64,000 nt of DNA, from NCBI GenBank assembly GCA_002633005.1, contig NMRA01000069.1, forward strand, positions 282,203 through 346,202. Reading direction: 5' to 3'. Origin of the DNA: Phoronis australis. Taxonomy: Eukaryota; Animalia; Phoronida. Under the pieces are notes generated by a model. It had not been told where the DNA came from. It saw only the letters and a list, made by a program, of their open reading frames with translations, and did no database searches. The first letter of the stretch is position 1; each line of letters opens with the position of its first letter. Positions 27,357 through 40,340 of the stretch are shown here, in pieces. The position numbers and the translations under genes were made by a program.

Positions 27357-27528
27357 ATGAGTGAGACAGAGCAACAGAGTGACGCGAGTTTTGCACCTCC
27401 TTTCGAGGGAGACTCTCTCAGCAAGGAGTCTCCCAACCACCAACAAGATGTCTCGGAAATCACATGTCTCAAAGAGAATGGGTTAAACGAAGAAACAACA
27501 GAAAAGGTCAACGGTGCCTGCAACGAGG
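27357..27528 (+). CDS. FKBP8: FKBP8 coding exon 1 (acidic N-terminus)
   Basis: Acceptor tttccag at 27317, aaaATG at 27357, MSETEQQSDASFAPPFEGDSLSKESP...GACNE, donor G|gtacgt in phase 1 matching the next exon. Confidence 0.75.
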
Positions 27529-27754
27529 GTACGTAGTTTCTAAAAGGTGGGCGGTTGGGTGGGAGGGGGGTGTTCAGGCAGAGGAAGAAGCAGAGGTGCG
27601 AGAATGAATGAAAACTAATAGAAACCCTCTTTTCGTCACAAATACCAACTTCTGATTTAGACCTCTTATATGAAATTTCGAATTTTTCTTTAGATATGAT
27701 TTCAGGGCTTTGACAGATCTGACAGCTCATTGGTTGAGACCAGGGCTCTGAAAA

Positions 27755-28455
27755 ATGACTTGAGACTTAAGACAGGAAATTGGTCTTACGCTCCACATAA
27801 CTATTTCTAAAAATAATGCTATAATTTATTGAAAATCACTTTTAGAAAAGAATGAAGTACCGGAGAATATACCCATGACTGTATCTTACTGAGAAGAATT
27901 TGTACAAGCTGTTTTCAGGCAGTGATGTGGTCATAATTTGATGACTCAACCTTTATTTGACAACTGTGAATTGGGAGTGTAGGAAAAATTGTCTGTCTTA
28001 AGTCTTGGGTCTGCTTCAGGAAGTATCACTCAGTGGCGGGTCTAGGATATCAACAAGGGGGGGGCCAAAATTTTGTCCGAGTAATTATGGCCGCATCACA
28101 GTCCGGTTATGATCGATAAAAAATATCTCAGTAACCAATAATTATCAGCAAAACAATTAGTAATCCTAGACTTACATTTCAACTGAGTAACGTTGTGTTC
28201 TCATCGCGAGGACTTTCACTAGCAACTGGTGAAAGTCCTCGCGATGACGCAACGTCGCTCAATTGATATGTAAGTCCAGTATTAGTTTTAAGCTTTTGCT
28301 GATATCTATCGACTGGCTGTCTAATATTCACCAACTAACTACTAGTCATGGGTATATTCTCAGATATTTTGCATTTTTGCTTTGTGAGATTTAATTATTT
28401 TTCAGAAATAGTTATGTGGAGCGTAAGATCAAATTTCTGACTTGAGTCTGTCAAT
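27755..28455. mobile_element. Nested inverted-repeat elements: outer MITE arms plus an inner ~160-bp palindrome (28143-28304)
   Basis: tcttacgctccacataactatttct / agaaatagttatgtggagcgtaaga; gagaatatacccatgact / agtcatgggtatattctc; tcatcgcgaggactttcac / gtgaaagtcctcgcgatga. Confidence 0.75.
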
Positions 28456-31236
28456 TTTCATTAGAAAGACCCACAAAGCTCTTCAAGTTGTCACAGCAGG
28501 TCATTTTGTATGGCGAGCATGGTCGTGAGCAATCAAGAGCCTGAGAACTACTTCTCATCTGAGTTAGGATCAATTTGAGATCAGTTTTATATAACTCTGT
28601 AAAAGGTCTTAATCCAAAGTTAGCTTCTCAGACGTGTTGCGAGTTTATAGACGCTTTAAGCAGTTAATGCATTTATGCATGATACTAGCTGACAGCGTAA
28701 CATCGAAAGAAGTGTTTGCATTAAGAATACAACACTGGAAAAATTCACGTGTCCATACGCCTATATTCGAAATGATTCGTTTTTACTGAGAATTTTTTAC
28801 GTCAAGTAGTTTACTTATGTAAGGACAAACAGCTATTCCTTGCAAATGTGTATTTTCTAAGTTGATTGTTATTGTGTATGTTTTGTAATTTCTTAAAGAA
28901 CTTCCCATTTATATTTAGTGTTTAGTTTAATACATATTGACCCCTATCACTTTGTTATGGATATTAAGTGTCAGTGATCTAATATATTTGAATTTTTTCC
29001 CGTGGATTTACTCGTTTCACGTACAGCTACATGCACGTAATTCTGAGCAAAAAATCCAAATGTGGCGGAAAGCGCACGTTGTTTTCACGTCCTAATCAAG
29101 TTCTGCGGGTTTTTTTAGTTTCAGAAAAAATGTGCTTTTATCAATAGATAGATTTGGAGATATATGGCTAAATACATGGAAATGTCTACAAAGTCCTAAC
29201 TTTTGTAGCCATCTCGCCTAAGTGGATAATGTCTAAGTGTTCAACCGATGCAGAACTCGCCATTTTGCACTAAGACCAGGAGTGTTACATTTAAAATGTG
29301 TATCCCACGAGTGTATAGTTTCTTGCTTAACGGCACAGCATGGGTGACACGTGGCTAGACCTATCCCTTAAACAACGCTCCTTCGTTGTTTTCTTTGCTT
29401 CATTATGAACCATCGATAAACAAACAGCAGTCTGACTGATGGCTTTTTACACTGAAGATCATAATGGCTACTGTACCAATATGCCTTGAATGAAAGTCTG
29501 AGTAAAACTAGTTTACGTCTTGGTAAGGTGAGCGAACTTGATGGTCGTGCATGGTGTTCATTGCAACTGGACCAATCAGGTAATGAGAACGCAGCTGTAT
29601 CCTGGCATCAGATCGCCTGCCATGAATCATTCCTTACCATGACATCGTCTCCCAGAAGCTGTGTATTAATTTCCAATAATGAAATTATTATCATAAACTG
29701 GTCATTCCATACTACATTCACTTGGACGGCTTCTTAATCATTTGCTGCAGTTTCAAACAGCCATATAAAACATGCTTCGCAGTTTCACCTTCTTCGGAAT
29801 GGTCAATCTTATTTCAAAAGCTTGACTTCCCATTTTTGAAGACCAGTTTTTCAATTCTCTTGACCTTATTCCCTAGGCAGTAATCGTGATGTCCCTTTCA
29901 TAATTCTTGTGTGTGTGTGGGCTGTAATCTTGTGTTGACCCTGATATAAAGTACTTGACAAAGGTAATCAAAAACAATACTGTTTCCCAGGCATGATGGC
30001 TGAACATCAAGATCATCGGATAATTGCTATTGAGCTGGCAAAATTCTAATTACATGATGGCACAGCCACCGTACGGACTTTTATGTTAATTCCCTTTCAT
30101 TCTTGGTCATTGGGGGAAGGCAACTTTGATGCCGAATTTGAATTTCAGCTAGCCATCGTGACAGGGATATCTGTGTCATTTTATCCGACTACTTTGTCCT
30201 GAACTGTATAATGGCTCCAGTTATTACACTTCCTTGTACACAACAAAGTCATCAGACAAGTTACATGTCACAAGTCATCAACACAGACCATTATAGCTGC
30301 TATGATGGTGAAGTATGCTTATATTCAGTCATCATGAGGGAATCGTGGGTCATTTTGTCTGGTGTGTTCTGTATTTACAGTGCCCTAGAAGGTTTGTATA
30401 TTTTACGAACTCGGGATGTTCTTCAATGAACTCAGTCTTACTGATGGCATAAAATGTTCCAATTGTATTACTTTCTTAGTTATGTAATTGCCTATGTCAA
30501 GGCATCTTCGTATTTCAAGTTCAGTAGCATTCAGCTGTGAGTTAAAAAAACAGTTGTCAGAAAATAACACGGTCTTAATTTACTGTAAGTTTTGTGAATT
30601 AAAACAATGAGGCGTTTAGTCACATATACCGGATCAATGTTTGAGAAAGTTTTTGTGTCCATATTGCTTCTCAATCCAAAAAAAATAAAAATTTGGAACC
30701 ACTTGAGTTCAAAGATCTCTAAGTACTCATGGTTTAGAACTTAGATTTCAATATTACAAGCCTGTTTTGCCTCTACTTTTGGTGCTTGGCTCAAAAACAA
30801 AAATTAAAATACTTTATAGGTTTAAATAAACTGAGAGCTCGAAAAAATTCATTCAGCACAAGCCAAAAGTATTCAAACAAAGTGGCCCGGAATTTCCTGT
30901 CATGATGACTGGGCAGAAGCCGAATTCACTGTCAGATTGGCCTTGACCTTCCATTATGACTGACAATGAAGATGAATCAACGGGAAAGTTAGTGAGGTGG
31001 CTAAACCATGCTGTAATTAGAATTTTGCCACTGTAATAGCCATAGCCATTTTTGCTGTTATCAGAATGTGCCGTCATCACAGGGAAACGTTGTCTTGTAC
31101 TGTAGTTGCAAATTAGCGTATCCCTATTTTTTGTTTCAAACTCAAAAGTTGCAAAGCATTTCGCACCCTGGCTTGTTTTCAATTCAGTCATATTGCTGGT
31201 GCTGACGTTGAATTTTGCTTCGTGTGTATCATGTAG

Positions 31237-31475
31237 ATGAAGAACATTCCAACACAACAGGCCACAGTGAACGTGAAGTGCCATCGAGCACGGCTAAGTC
31301 AACAGAGCAGACGATCACGCAAGACTCTCCCGTGGTGGATTTAGAGCATACAGAGGGTGCAGGAGGAGGGGGCGCCAAAGTAGACCCGAATAATGCAAAG
31401 GAGCCTACCAAATCGGAACAAGAAACGAGCGATGGATGGACAGACATCTTGGGTTCGGGCAGCTTAATGAAGAAG
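31237..31475 (+). CDS. FKBP8: FKBP8 coding exon 2
   Basis: tgtag|AT GAA...; ends DGWTDILGSGSLMKK|gtaac (cf. human EEWLDILGNGLLRKK). Confidence 0.9.
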
Positions 31476-32784
31476 GTAACGAACACTGATGTCCTGCTGT
31501 ACATTCACATATTATTTAGACCCACACGCCCCTAGTCAAAATGGGTTAAAAATAATTCAATCTAGGACATGATGCAGTGGAGAAGGGGAATTTCTCTGTC
31601 ATGTTTCTCCACAGTAATGACTTTCAGAAAAATGTTGAATCCAGCTTGATTAGTATGGTACAGCTATTTCTGTACAACATCTGGGCTGTGTTCCATCGAC
31701 GCAAGAATCTCTGGGAAAGTGCAAGATTGTGCAAAACTCCATGAGATATCGTCATGCGTGTGACGGCACTAGCTTTTCTCACACGTGTCTCGAATGTATA
31801 GAACACAGCCCTTGTAGATTTGTTCTACCAATGTTGTAAGCTTTTAAAAAGTCCAAAAAATATAATACTAGCATTAATCTTTGGCCCAACCCCAATGATT
31901 TTTTTAAATTGCTGCCATAAAATAAGAACATGCACCTAAGCTTTCATTGATGCACACACTTGTGAATAACATTGGTGTAAGTAACTGTCTAGCAGCAGAC
32001 TTTGTATTAACGTTTTTTTTTCTATCAGACATCTTACAAGTGCAATGAATCTGTGACTTCAGTCAAAAGAAAACAATCTTTGATTCAGTCCACTTACCAT
32101 GATTATGAACTCAATGTCATCTTGTTCCTTACTCAGATGAGATATGATTTCTAGGCTTGAGTAGAGGTGACAGGGCCATTAGGTTGCTTGTCGTGATGAG
32201 TTAGGTACAGTCGCGGAAGCTGCATGGTCGTCAGGGAATTCTGGGAGTTCTATTGTTAGCCAAGTTCAGTTCCAATGAAGGATAAGAATGTGGTGATGTC
32301 ACTATGGAGAAGCATGTATGCAGTACAAGACAAGACGAGACAAAAACATTCAGACAAAACACCATTTTCCCAGCTAATTTTTTAACAACACCAACTACTG
32401 GTAACAAATACTAGGGCGGCAAAATGTTGGTATGACAACAAGGAGATTAGGTCAAAGAACAAAGGTACATTCTAAAAGTGACAATAGCGCCTCCTGTATT
32501 CATTCTATGGTAACAGGCCATGCTAATCCTAAAATTCTTTTCAATGATGTAAATGAGATTGGTTATTAAGGAGAGCCTTTCCATTGTTGGTCTAAATGCC
32601 AGGACTTCACTGAATGGCAACCTAGAGTCAGTGCAGCTCACTCTTTGGGGATATCTTTGACCTTTGTATGTGACTGCTTTACAAGTGAGTTTTGGTTGAG
32701 TTGATTTTCTTACTTGTGACCCTGTTGTTGGGTTTTGGTGAACTCCTTGAGAATGATGATTTGATCTTCTTGGAAACTTGGACT

Positions 32785-32875
32785 TGTGTATACAATGTGT
32801 ATACAATTTGTATACAGTGTGTGTAGAATGTGTATACAATGTGTATACATTGTGTATACAATGTGTTTACAAAAT
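32785..32875. repeat. Degenerate (tgtatacaatg)n minisatellite
   Basis: Repeated tgtatacaatg/tgtatacattg units. Confidence 0.8.
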
Positions 32876-33659
32876 GTTAATAACAGTTGTGTTGGGGTTT
32901 CTACTGCTTATTTGACCCAAAGCCAACATTGTCAAAAGTCAAAATTCTATGGCTTAGCATGGCATGGCTTGGCCACCTTACATTCTGTTAATTCACCCTC
33001 ATTCTCGTTCATGAGGGAAGGCTACTGTCGCAATGAATTCCGCTTCCGTCTGACACAGGCATTTTTTCCGTGTTGGTAAATAACGTAGAAAATATATCTG
33101 AAACTAAATAAGGCGATCCAGATCCTCCCAAGAATACTATTGTTTCGTGAAATGAAGAATATAAATCGGTAAATAAAACAACAAGAATGGATCAACTGAA
33201 ATTTGAAATTTTCGGAGGTAACAACTTCCTTTATCAACAAAAACAGAAATAAATTAATAAATAAATAAATAAATGGCCGCATCTTGGTTCCGTGTTCTCT
33301 TTCGTTTAACACACAACTGTCATAGACTGTACAACAGTGAGTAAGACATTGTGTTGGCTTTATGACTTGCATGTAGAACCAAGATGTTGCTATGGTGTTT
33401 ACATCTGTTCACCTTCTATTGTTCGAGTGATAGTGAATGTATACGCGCCAGGGAAACGGGATTTAAACACAGAAAATATATAATTTTATCCAGGATAATT
33501 GTGGATGTGTATTCGATCTGCTTTAAACGCTTGATGGATGTGTTGAAAAATCTTGCCACTAGGTGGTGTATGTCAGCTTTTTCTCAAAATAAGAGCCAAA
33601 TCATTTAAATATTATATGAATCTATCCGGTCACAACCAACGTTGAACTGATAATTGCAG

Positions 33660-33807
33660 GTTATGAGGAAGGGCAAAGGTCAGCACACATGTCCATTCAG
33701 CGGATGTGTTGTCACGGCCAAGGTCGAAGGTCGTCTAGAGGACGGGGTAGTGGTGGACCACGACAATGAACTGAAGTTTACAGTCGGTGACGGTGACGTC
33801 ATTCAAG
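33660..33807 (+). CDS. FKBP8: FKBP8 coding exon 3 (FKBP domain)
   Basis: ttgcag|VMRKGKGQHTCPFSGCVVTAKVEGRLEDGVVVDHDNELKFTVGDGDVIQ|gtaacc. Confidence 0.92.
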
Positions 33808-34000
33808 GTAACCGTTACTGAATAGACAACATAATATTGACTTTAAGATAGAAAAGGCTGTTTGAGGGTTGGTAGTCATTAATAAGATATTGTTGAGTCA
33901 ACTTTTTACTTCAAAATATACTTGCAGTAAGCATCTAGTACTTTTATTGCATTCTTTCTTTTATAGCCTGTCATACATTTTATTCAAAAATCGGTTTCAG

Positions 34001-34088
34001 CTCTCGAACTTTCTGTTCCACTCATGGAGGCTGATGAGATAGCTGAAGTCTACACAGACGCAAGATTTGCCTATGGGGAGATTGGCAG
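34001..34088 (+). CDS. FKBP8: FKBP8 coding exon 4 (FKBP domain)
   Basis: tttcag|ALELSVPLMEADEIAEVYTDARFAYGEIGR|gtgaga; phases 1 to 2 consistent. Confidence 0.92.
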
Positions 34089-34865
34089 GTGAGACAAGAT
34101 ATGTTTTGACTAGTCCTTCCAGTTTGCGTTATTTTGTCTCCGTTGGTTTATACCTAAGGTGTTACGTGCTGTGTAGACTGTTGATAATTATTGCCATTTC
34201 CATGAGTCTACAGTTTTTCCTGACTCGCTCTTTCCACCACGAAAGTGTACTAAGCTTTGGAGCATTTTTTTACATGTTTACTTGACGTATGTATTTACAT
34301 AGATTCTGCGTATGGTCAGTGCTGAACATAAACGTGGTGGTAAAATAAAACAGATTTTCGCACAACTCTTGTATGATTTTCAGTGTGAATCGTGAATAAA
34401 TGAAGCATTGACTTATGTCTTCTTATATTGCCGGGTTTATGACGCCAGCAGTAAGTGTTGGTCTGATGCATATATTTTCTGCATTTGTCAAAAATGGCAT
34501 GGCAATGATTGTGCATGGCCCTGTGAGTGTTGATCCAACATAGTTAGGTTTTCACATCGTCTGTTGTTATCTTTAAACTTTCGTCATAAATAGAAATTAG
34601 CAGACGTCTTAAATATGCTCAAAAGTGTTGTTGGGCTCTTCAGTGCTATTCATTTATTAATTGTTTTAACCAGTTATCTGTTGTCTTCCTTCTAGAGAGA
34701 GTTATATGGGAAAAGTATGAGATTGTCTTGAATTTTCATGCCAATTACACTGCACGCCAAAAGTAATAAAACATAATTCCCCAGAACTCTCTGCAGCAGC
34801 GAAAATCCTGCAGTAATGAGGTCTTCTTCCTTACTCATTTTCACGGCAATAGTCCGATATAAAGT

Positions 34866-35185
34866 CAGTGGCGGACCTAGGATACCATAAGGGGGGGCCC
34901 AACATGTTGCCTCGAAGAATTGGGCAAATCGTATACACACGCGCCCCGAAAGTTGCGGGGGGTAGCGTTGTGACCACTGGTGTTCCCAAATCCATTGGAG
35001 GACTAAAAAAACCGCGACATGATTCCGCCGCGCCCGGTCGTGAGCCCCCCCTTCGTCCGCTCCCGTTCCTAGTTAGTGTACTCCATATTTCCTCACGCTG
35101 TTGTTGTTTAATTTTGCTTCCGCCAGCCAAGGAGGGGGGACCCGTTCCCCCTGGGCCCCCGTCCCCCCCCCTAAATCCGCCTATG
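34866..35185. mobile_element. GC-rich hAT-like MITE
   Basis: cagtggcggacctagg...ctaaatccgcctatg imperfect TIRs with G/C runs; related end at ~28031; no clear TSD. Confidence 0.55.
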
Positions 35186-35373
35186 AACGTGCCCGTATTT
35201 TGAGAACCAGTTTGATGCCCAGTATTCAGTGGAGAAAATTCACGTCTGGTTCTCAAAGTTCGGGCACATTGTATCCGGAATTACCATTCACAATAGGGAT
35301 ACAGTAGCTTTGTGCTTTGTATCCATTGCGCCATTTAGATATAAATATTCATTGTGCCTCTGTCTATTTTCAG

Positions 35374-35484
35374 AGAGCCAGACATTCCAAAAGACAGCAG
35401 TGTTACTTACACTATTGAACTGCTGAACATAGATAACCCTGTGGACATAACCAAGTTGAGTGCAACTGAAAAATTTACATTGGG
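35374..35484 (+). CDS. FKBP8: FKBP8 coding exon 5
   Basis: ttttcag|EPDIPKDSSVTYTIELLNIDNPVDITKLSATEKFTLG|gtaagt. Confidence 0.92.
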
Positions 35485-36597
35485 GTAAGTCAATGACAGT
35501 GGCATTGTGCAGTCAAGAGGAGGGCTTAAGTTTTGTGGTTGGGGTTGTAATTTTTGAAGTTCCTGACGTTGACCCAGTGGCACTTAAAGCTGTTATGGTC
35601 CTGAAAACGACAACTTTCTTCATAGGCTAGTAACATGTTCGCTTTCTGAAATCAGGATTCAACATTAACGACTGTCCAATTGTCTGCGACAGCCAAAAAT
35701 TAGGTATAGACAAGTTGAATTTCTAACCTGTTGTCCAAACGGACAATCAAAAACATTTTCATAGTCGTGCACTCGGGTCACTCTCGTCTTGAATGGACGC
35801 GCAAACAAAGTACTTTCTGTAACCTCTCTGCAAGGTAAACTAACCTTCCATGTCAAGCAAGTTATTAAGTTAACAGGTTGCCTTTGTTACCAGTGACCAA
35901 TATAAAAAGTCTTCAAGTATTAAGGTTGTGCAGGACCATAGGAACATGACCAAATTTGGCTTTCTTCGCAGCATTGTATCTTAAAGTGACTGATCTGATT
36001 GATATGAAAGTTTCAGATTGTGTGAATTAGACAGAGTTCTCCAAATCTCTGTTTGGAGCTGTTTCTAAAGCGTCCCACTTTCACATGAGGCTATAAGAAA
36101 TAGGACTTGTGTGAAGCAATAATGATCAGTCAGTTTGTCTCTAAAGGCTATCAGAAATAGGTCTTGTCTGAAGCAATGACGACCAGTCAGGTCGTCTCAA
36201 CTCTTGAAATCATTTCTAATCCGAGATAGGTTCAATACGAGATCAATTTTACATGAGGAAGTGGTCAGCAGTTGTTTTTTGACTGAGGCGTCTTGCTTAT
36301 TAGCTCTCTGGTAGTGTCAAAGCCTGTTCGTTTGTGGTAACTGGTATTTTGGGTTCACTCAGCGTGCATGTACATCACAAAATTGGTGTTACGTGTATCT
36401 TTAACATTCTTCAGAAACCTTTTGGGTGATTTTTACATTACGAAAAGTAATGCTAACGTGTCATTTGAAAGTTGTCATTTACATCCACACATAAAAAGTT
36501 GATTTGTGTTAGTTTTGGATTACTATCTGGTTGTACACGTTGAAAACTCATAAAAAATGTCTGGCTTAGTCATTTTCCTGTTATCTGTTGTTTCCAG

Positions 36598-36672
36598 CGA
36601 CCAGAAACGAGAGCGTGGTAACTATCTGTACTCCAGGGCCGAGTTTTCAGGTGCAATAAACAGTTACAGGAA
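36598..36672 (+). CDS. FKBP8: FKBP8 coding exon 6 (TPR1)
   Basis: ttccag|DQKRERGNYLYSRAEFSGAINSYRK|gtaagt. Confidence 0.92.
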
Positions 36673-37097
36673 GTAAGTGTCACAGGCCTACGTTGGTAGT
36701 TGGAGTGCGCCGCATTTGACCGTTTTGGTTGTCCTGATTTGTAGTAACTTGCCTTATTCACAGATGTCGTAAGGAATCTGAACAGTGCGACTGTGTTGGT
36801 TTCATTTCACTGGCCAACAGAATGCGTAATTGGTCTGTGCCCGACTCATTTCAAAACCTGCACCTCAAAGCTGCCACCAGGTGGCAATGGGTAAAAACAA
36901 AACAAAGAAGATCTCAACATTTGACTTGGTTTAGGCGACTTCATTTTTGAAAATGCGAACTGCATCAATCAGAAAAGAACACCAGAAGCAATAATTTTGC
37001 TATTTGTTGGGTTTAGTCAAGATTGAGTGCATTGTTCAATGCTGTTAAATATTGTTTAATATTGTTCAATATTCATTTACTTTACCCTGGCTTCCAG

Positions 37098-37215
37098 AGC
37101 CTTGACCATTTTAGAGGATGACACCACCAACAGTGAAGCTGATCCCTCCCAGTTGCAGCTCTTGATTGACACGCGTGTCAAGTGTTACGGCAACCTGGCC
37201 GCCTCCCAGCTCAAG
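37098..37215 (+). CDS. FKBP8: FKBP8 coding exon 7 (TPR2)
   Basis: ttccag|ALTILEDDTTNSEADPSQLQLLIDTRVKCYGNLAASQLK|gtgact. Confidence 0.93.
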
Positions 37216-38176
37216 GTGACTGTTGACAATGACACCCTCTGGTGGAGGTAGTCAGAACTAACTAAGGGCCAGAACAACAGTTGTCATCTGTTTTTGTTTG
37301 CTTTTCATGTGCTGATGATTCTGTTCATGACGTCAAACATTGAACTTGTTCTTAGTCTGCCAAGTAAAACAAGGATTTTTTGATTTTGCCCTATTTGTTT
37401 GCTATGCTCTATGGGATGCGTTGTTGCAGGTTTTTGTAATTGATATATTAATGAGGTAATGAATTGTCACAACAAATCTGTTGTCATGCATTGTGTGTTT
37501 TTAGTAAAGTGTGTCGTTACCTCTCTTTGAACAATCTGATTTTTGCATTGTGCTGTGTAGGGACGTGACAAAAAATGCAGCACATTAAAGATGAGTATAT
37601 GGTGAAAATAGCAGAGTGGATTCCCTTTGACATGGTGACATTCTGTGCCAAAACTCATTTGCCAGAAATTCTGTGACATTTTGAGAATTCTGTGACAAAA
37701 TGATAGAAATTTGCTGACTCTAGTCGGCCGTTAACGTTTTGTCAAGTTTACAGAAATTTTATGCGGCATCAAGTGGTGGTTCCTTTTTTTCACAAATTGT
37801 AAAATTTATGGAATTCATCATTATCACTGATATAACGTGTCTTGCATATATGACAAAAGCTAAATTTTTGTGTCACATACATGCAAAAAGTACTAAAAAG
37901 CTATTACAGTTGAAGTTTCCTTGTGACATTTTGAAAATTTTGAGATGTGACAAATTGAGACTTCCCAGTAAATGTAAATCAATGAAATAGCTCTGGGTCA
38001 TGAATTTATGCCATCAGCGCTTAAGTAATATAAGAATGCTTTGACTTGAAAACTTTCAATTTACGCTCAACTCGATCGGATTTGGCTGACAAATTAGTTT
38101 AGACATCTAGTTTGTATTAATTGATACGCAAAAAAGATTAATAGTAAATTAATCTTTTAGAACTGTTTGTCCTCAG

Positions 38177-38266
38177 ATTGAAGCCTACGATGCAGCCATC
38201 AAGTCATGTGACTGCGTGCTCAACATCCACCCACAGAACATCAAAGCCTTGTTCAGGAAAGGGAAG
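38177..38266 (+). CDS. FKBP8: FKBP8 coding exon 8 (TPR2-3)
   Basis: cctcag|IEAYDAAIKSCDCVLNIHPQNIKALFRKGK|gtgagt. Confidence 0.94.
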
Positions 38267-39183
38267 GTGAGTGCTGCTCTTGTTCAATGGTTGTTTTTCA
38301 GTTGTTTTGCACAAAAATAATTGCCTTAGTTGTTTTTTCCAATTTTCAATGGCAGACTTGAATGTTAAATTCATTTAATGACAGCTGTGCAGTGCAAACT
38401 GTGTTAATACCCCTGTTGAATTTTCTTAAAGCGGCACTTCCATCACAAAATTAAATTTGATTTAGATGACTTGCGCAAATGAAATTGGTCTCAAATATTG
38501 TTACTTAGTGAAGTTTAAGATGACTTCGGGCTTGGAAAGGACTGACGGTTTGTTATTGATTGAGAAACAGCTTTAGAAATTAGCTTGTCATGGTGTGTCA
38601 GGGCCTGAGAGAATGAACAAACTTTCGGGTCTCTGCAAGCCGGGAAATCACTTTCCATCTGAGTGAGGAACGAGACAGGTTACACTAATTCTATATTGAG
38701 TCTTTGACAAGTGGTCTAAATCAAATTTAGGTTCTTTGATGCTACCTGTGTTTATAGCCGCTTGAGTGCTCATTTTTGTTGAGACATTTGACAATGTAAA
38801 ATTACATGTTTCCAGCACATCGTGTGCCAGAGGAATTAATGTAACTTAAGCTGTCGTCATTAGAGTTGTAGGATTAATTTTATTTTCGATATCCCTGGGG
38901 TTTGCTTGGAATAATTCAACCAATGGAAATTTTTGTTTCGTCATTCACCTGTAACTGTAATCGGGAAATCCCCTCGTTGATGTACCAATATTTACCTGAT
39001 AAATCTGATTAAAATGTTTCTTTCAGTTTGATTACGTACCTTGTACTTTACTTTTGTGTTTAATTGCGAAAATAAACATCTGTAAGCTTTGCAAAGTATA
39101 CGGTTCTGTGCTAAAGCATCGTGGTCATTTAGATTTGCAGTTTGTGTGTATCTGGTGACAAGGTGAATTTTCATTTTCTCCAG

Positions 39184-39261
39184 TCTCTCGCTGCGAAAGG
39201 CGAAGTGTCTGGTGCCATTACTTTGCTAAGGAAAGCGCTTGGCTTTGAGCCTGAATCAAAG
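39184..39261 (+). CDS. FKBP8: FKBP8 coding exon 9 (TPR3)
   Basis: ctccag|SLAAKGEVSGAITLLRKALGFEPESK|gtacgg. Confidence 0.93.
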
Positions 39262-39632
39262 GTACGGTACATTGGAATTTGATTGTCATTGAAGATTTAG
39301 GGTTCCATATAATGAGGATAAACGTCTTTGTTTTTGTATAAAATGACCCAGAATTCCCCGTCATGGCAGCTGGGCAGAAACTGAATTTATCATCAGAGTT
39401 AACTTCCCTCGTGACTGAGAATGACTGGGAATTAACAGAAAAAGTAGTTAGGTGGCCATAAGTCATTCTGTAGTAAGAATCTTGCTGTGATAATTTGCAG
39501 TTGCCTTTTTTCTCTAGGAAACGTACTCTATACGTGTAACTTTTCACGGATGGCGTGTGTTCAGTGTTAATGGTAATTTCATGAAAGTGTTGAACTGGAA
39601 TGTATTGCAAATTTCTACTGCACTGTTGCCAG

Positions 39633-39767
39633 ATACTACACGTCGAGTTGGCAAAGTTGGTCAACAGGATGAAGAAAGAAGAACAGAAGACTAGAGCCAT
39701 GTACAGGAAGATGTTGGGAACTGACAACATTGATGGACCCATCTATAAACCTAACGATCAGACACGG
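39633..39767 (+). CDS. FKBP8: FKBP8 coding exon 10 (calmodulin-binding helix)
   Basis: tgccag|ILHVELAKLVNRMKKEEQKTRAMYRKMLGTDNIDGPIYKPNDQTR|gtaggt (cf. human IHAELSKLV...LYRKMLG). Confidence 0.92.
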
Positions 39768-39985
39768 GTAGGTTGGGGGAAGGGTGACTATGATGTTGTA
39801 AGATATTTGTATAAACAGGGAGACTGACAACATTGTTGGTGTGTTGTATAAACTCGAGTGTCAGACTTGGGTAGGTTGGGGAAGGGGTACAACGGTGTTG
39901 TAAGACATGTGTATAAACAGTGAGACTGACAACATTGTTGGTCCTGCATGCTCACCCAGTGATCAAATAAGGTATGTCGGGAACA
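39720..39985 (+). repeat. ~103-bp tandem repeat (about 2.5 copies) spanning the exon 10 3' end and splice donor
   Basis: actgacaacattg...gggtaggttgggg(g)aagg...tgttgtaaga.at.tgtataaacag.gaga is repeated. Confidence 0.8.
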
Positions 39986-40265
39986 AGGCAGCTGTGGCTG
40001 ATACGGAGAGAGGGGGCGACGTAAGCTGCTTAAAAATTCGGGGTAATGTGTGAGTAAGGGTTAGCAGTACAATAACTCTTTAGAGAGACTTTGTATGTGA
40101 CAACATTTTGTTGATAATGTTGTACAGAATGTACTGCTGAAAATGGGAGGATTTAGAATGGGCTAGTTCTAGAAATGGACACAAGGGGGGTGAGCGCTAA
40201 GTGTTCGTTGATTGTGCAATTTTTGTCTTTATGAATACGAATGAGTGTAATTATAGTAAGTTGAT

Positions 40266-40340
40266 AAATGAGTATGAACAAATGAGTATGAACAAATGAG
40301 TATGAACAAATGCGTATGAACAAATGAGTATGAACAAATG
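40266..40340. repeat. 14-bp tandem repeat (aaatgagtatgaac)n, about 5 copies
   Basis: Direct reading of the sequence. Confidence 0.9.

Noticed and set aside
32447-33079. Overlapping ORFs rich in YT/CI repeats
   Set aside because: Generated by the tgtatacaatg minisatellite
34831-35256. Gly/Pro-rich ORFs on both strands
   Set aside because: Result of the GC-rich MITE, not coding
39218-39742. 174-aa minus-strand ORF
   Set aside because: Antisense to FKBP8 exons 9-10 and an intronic repeat; no motif
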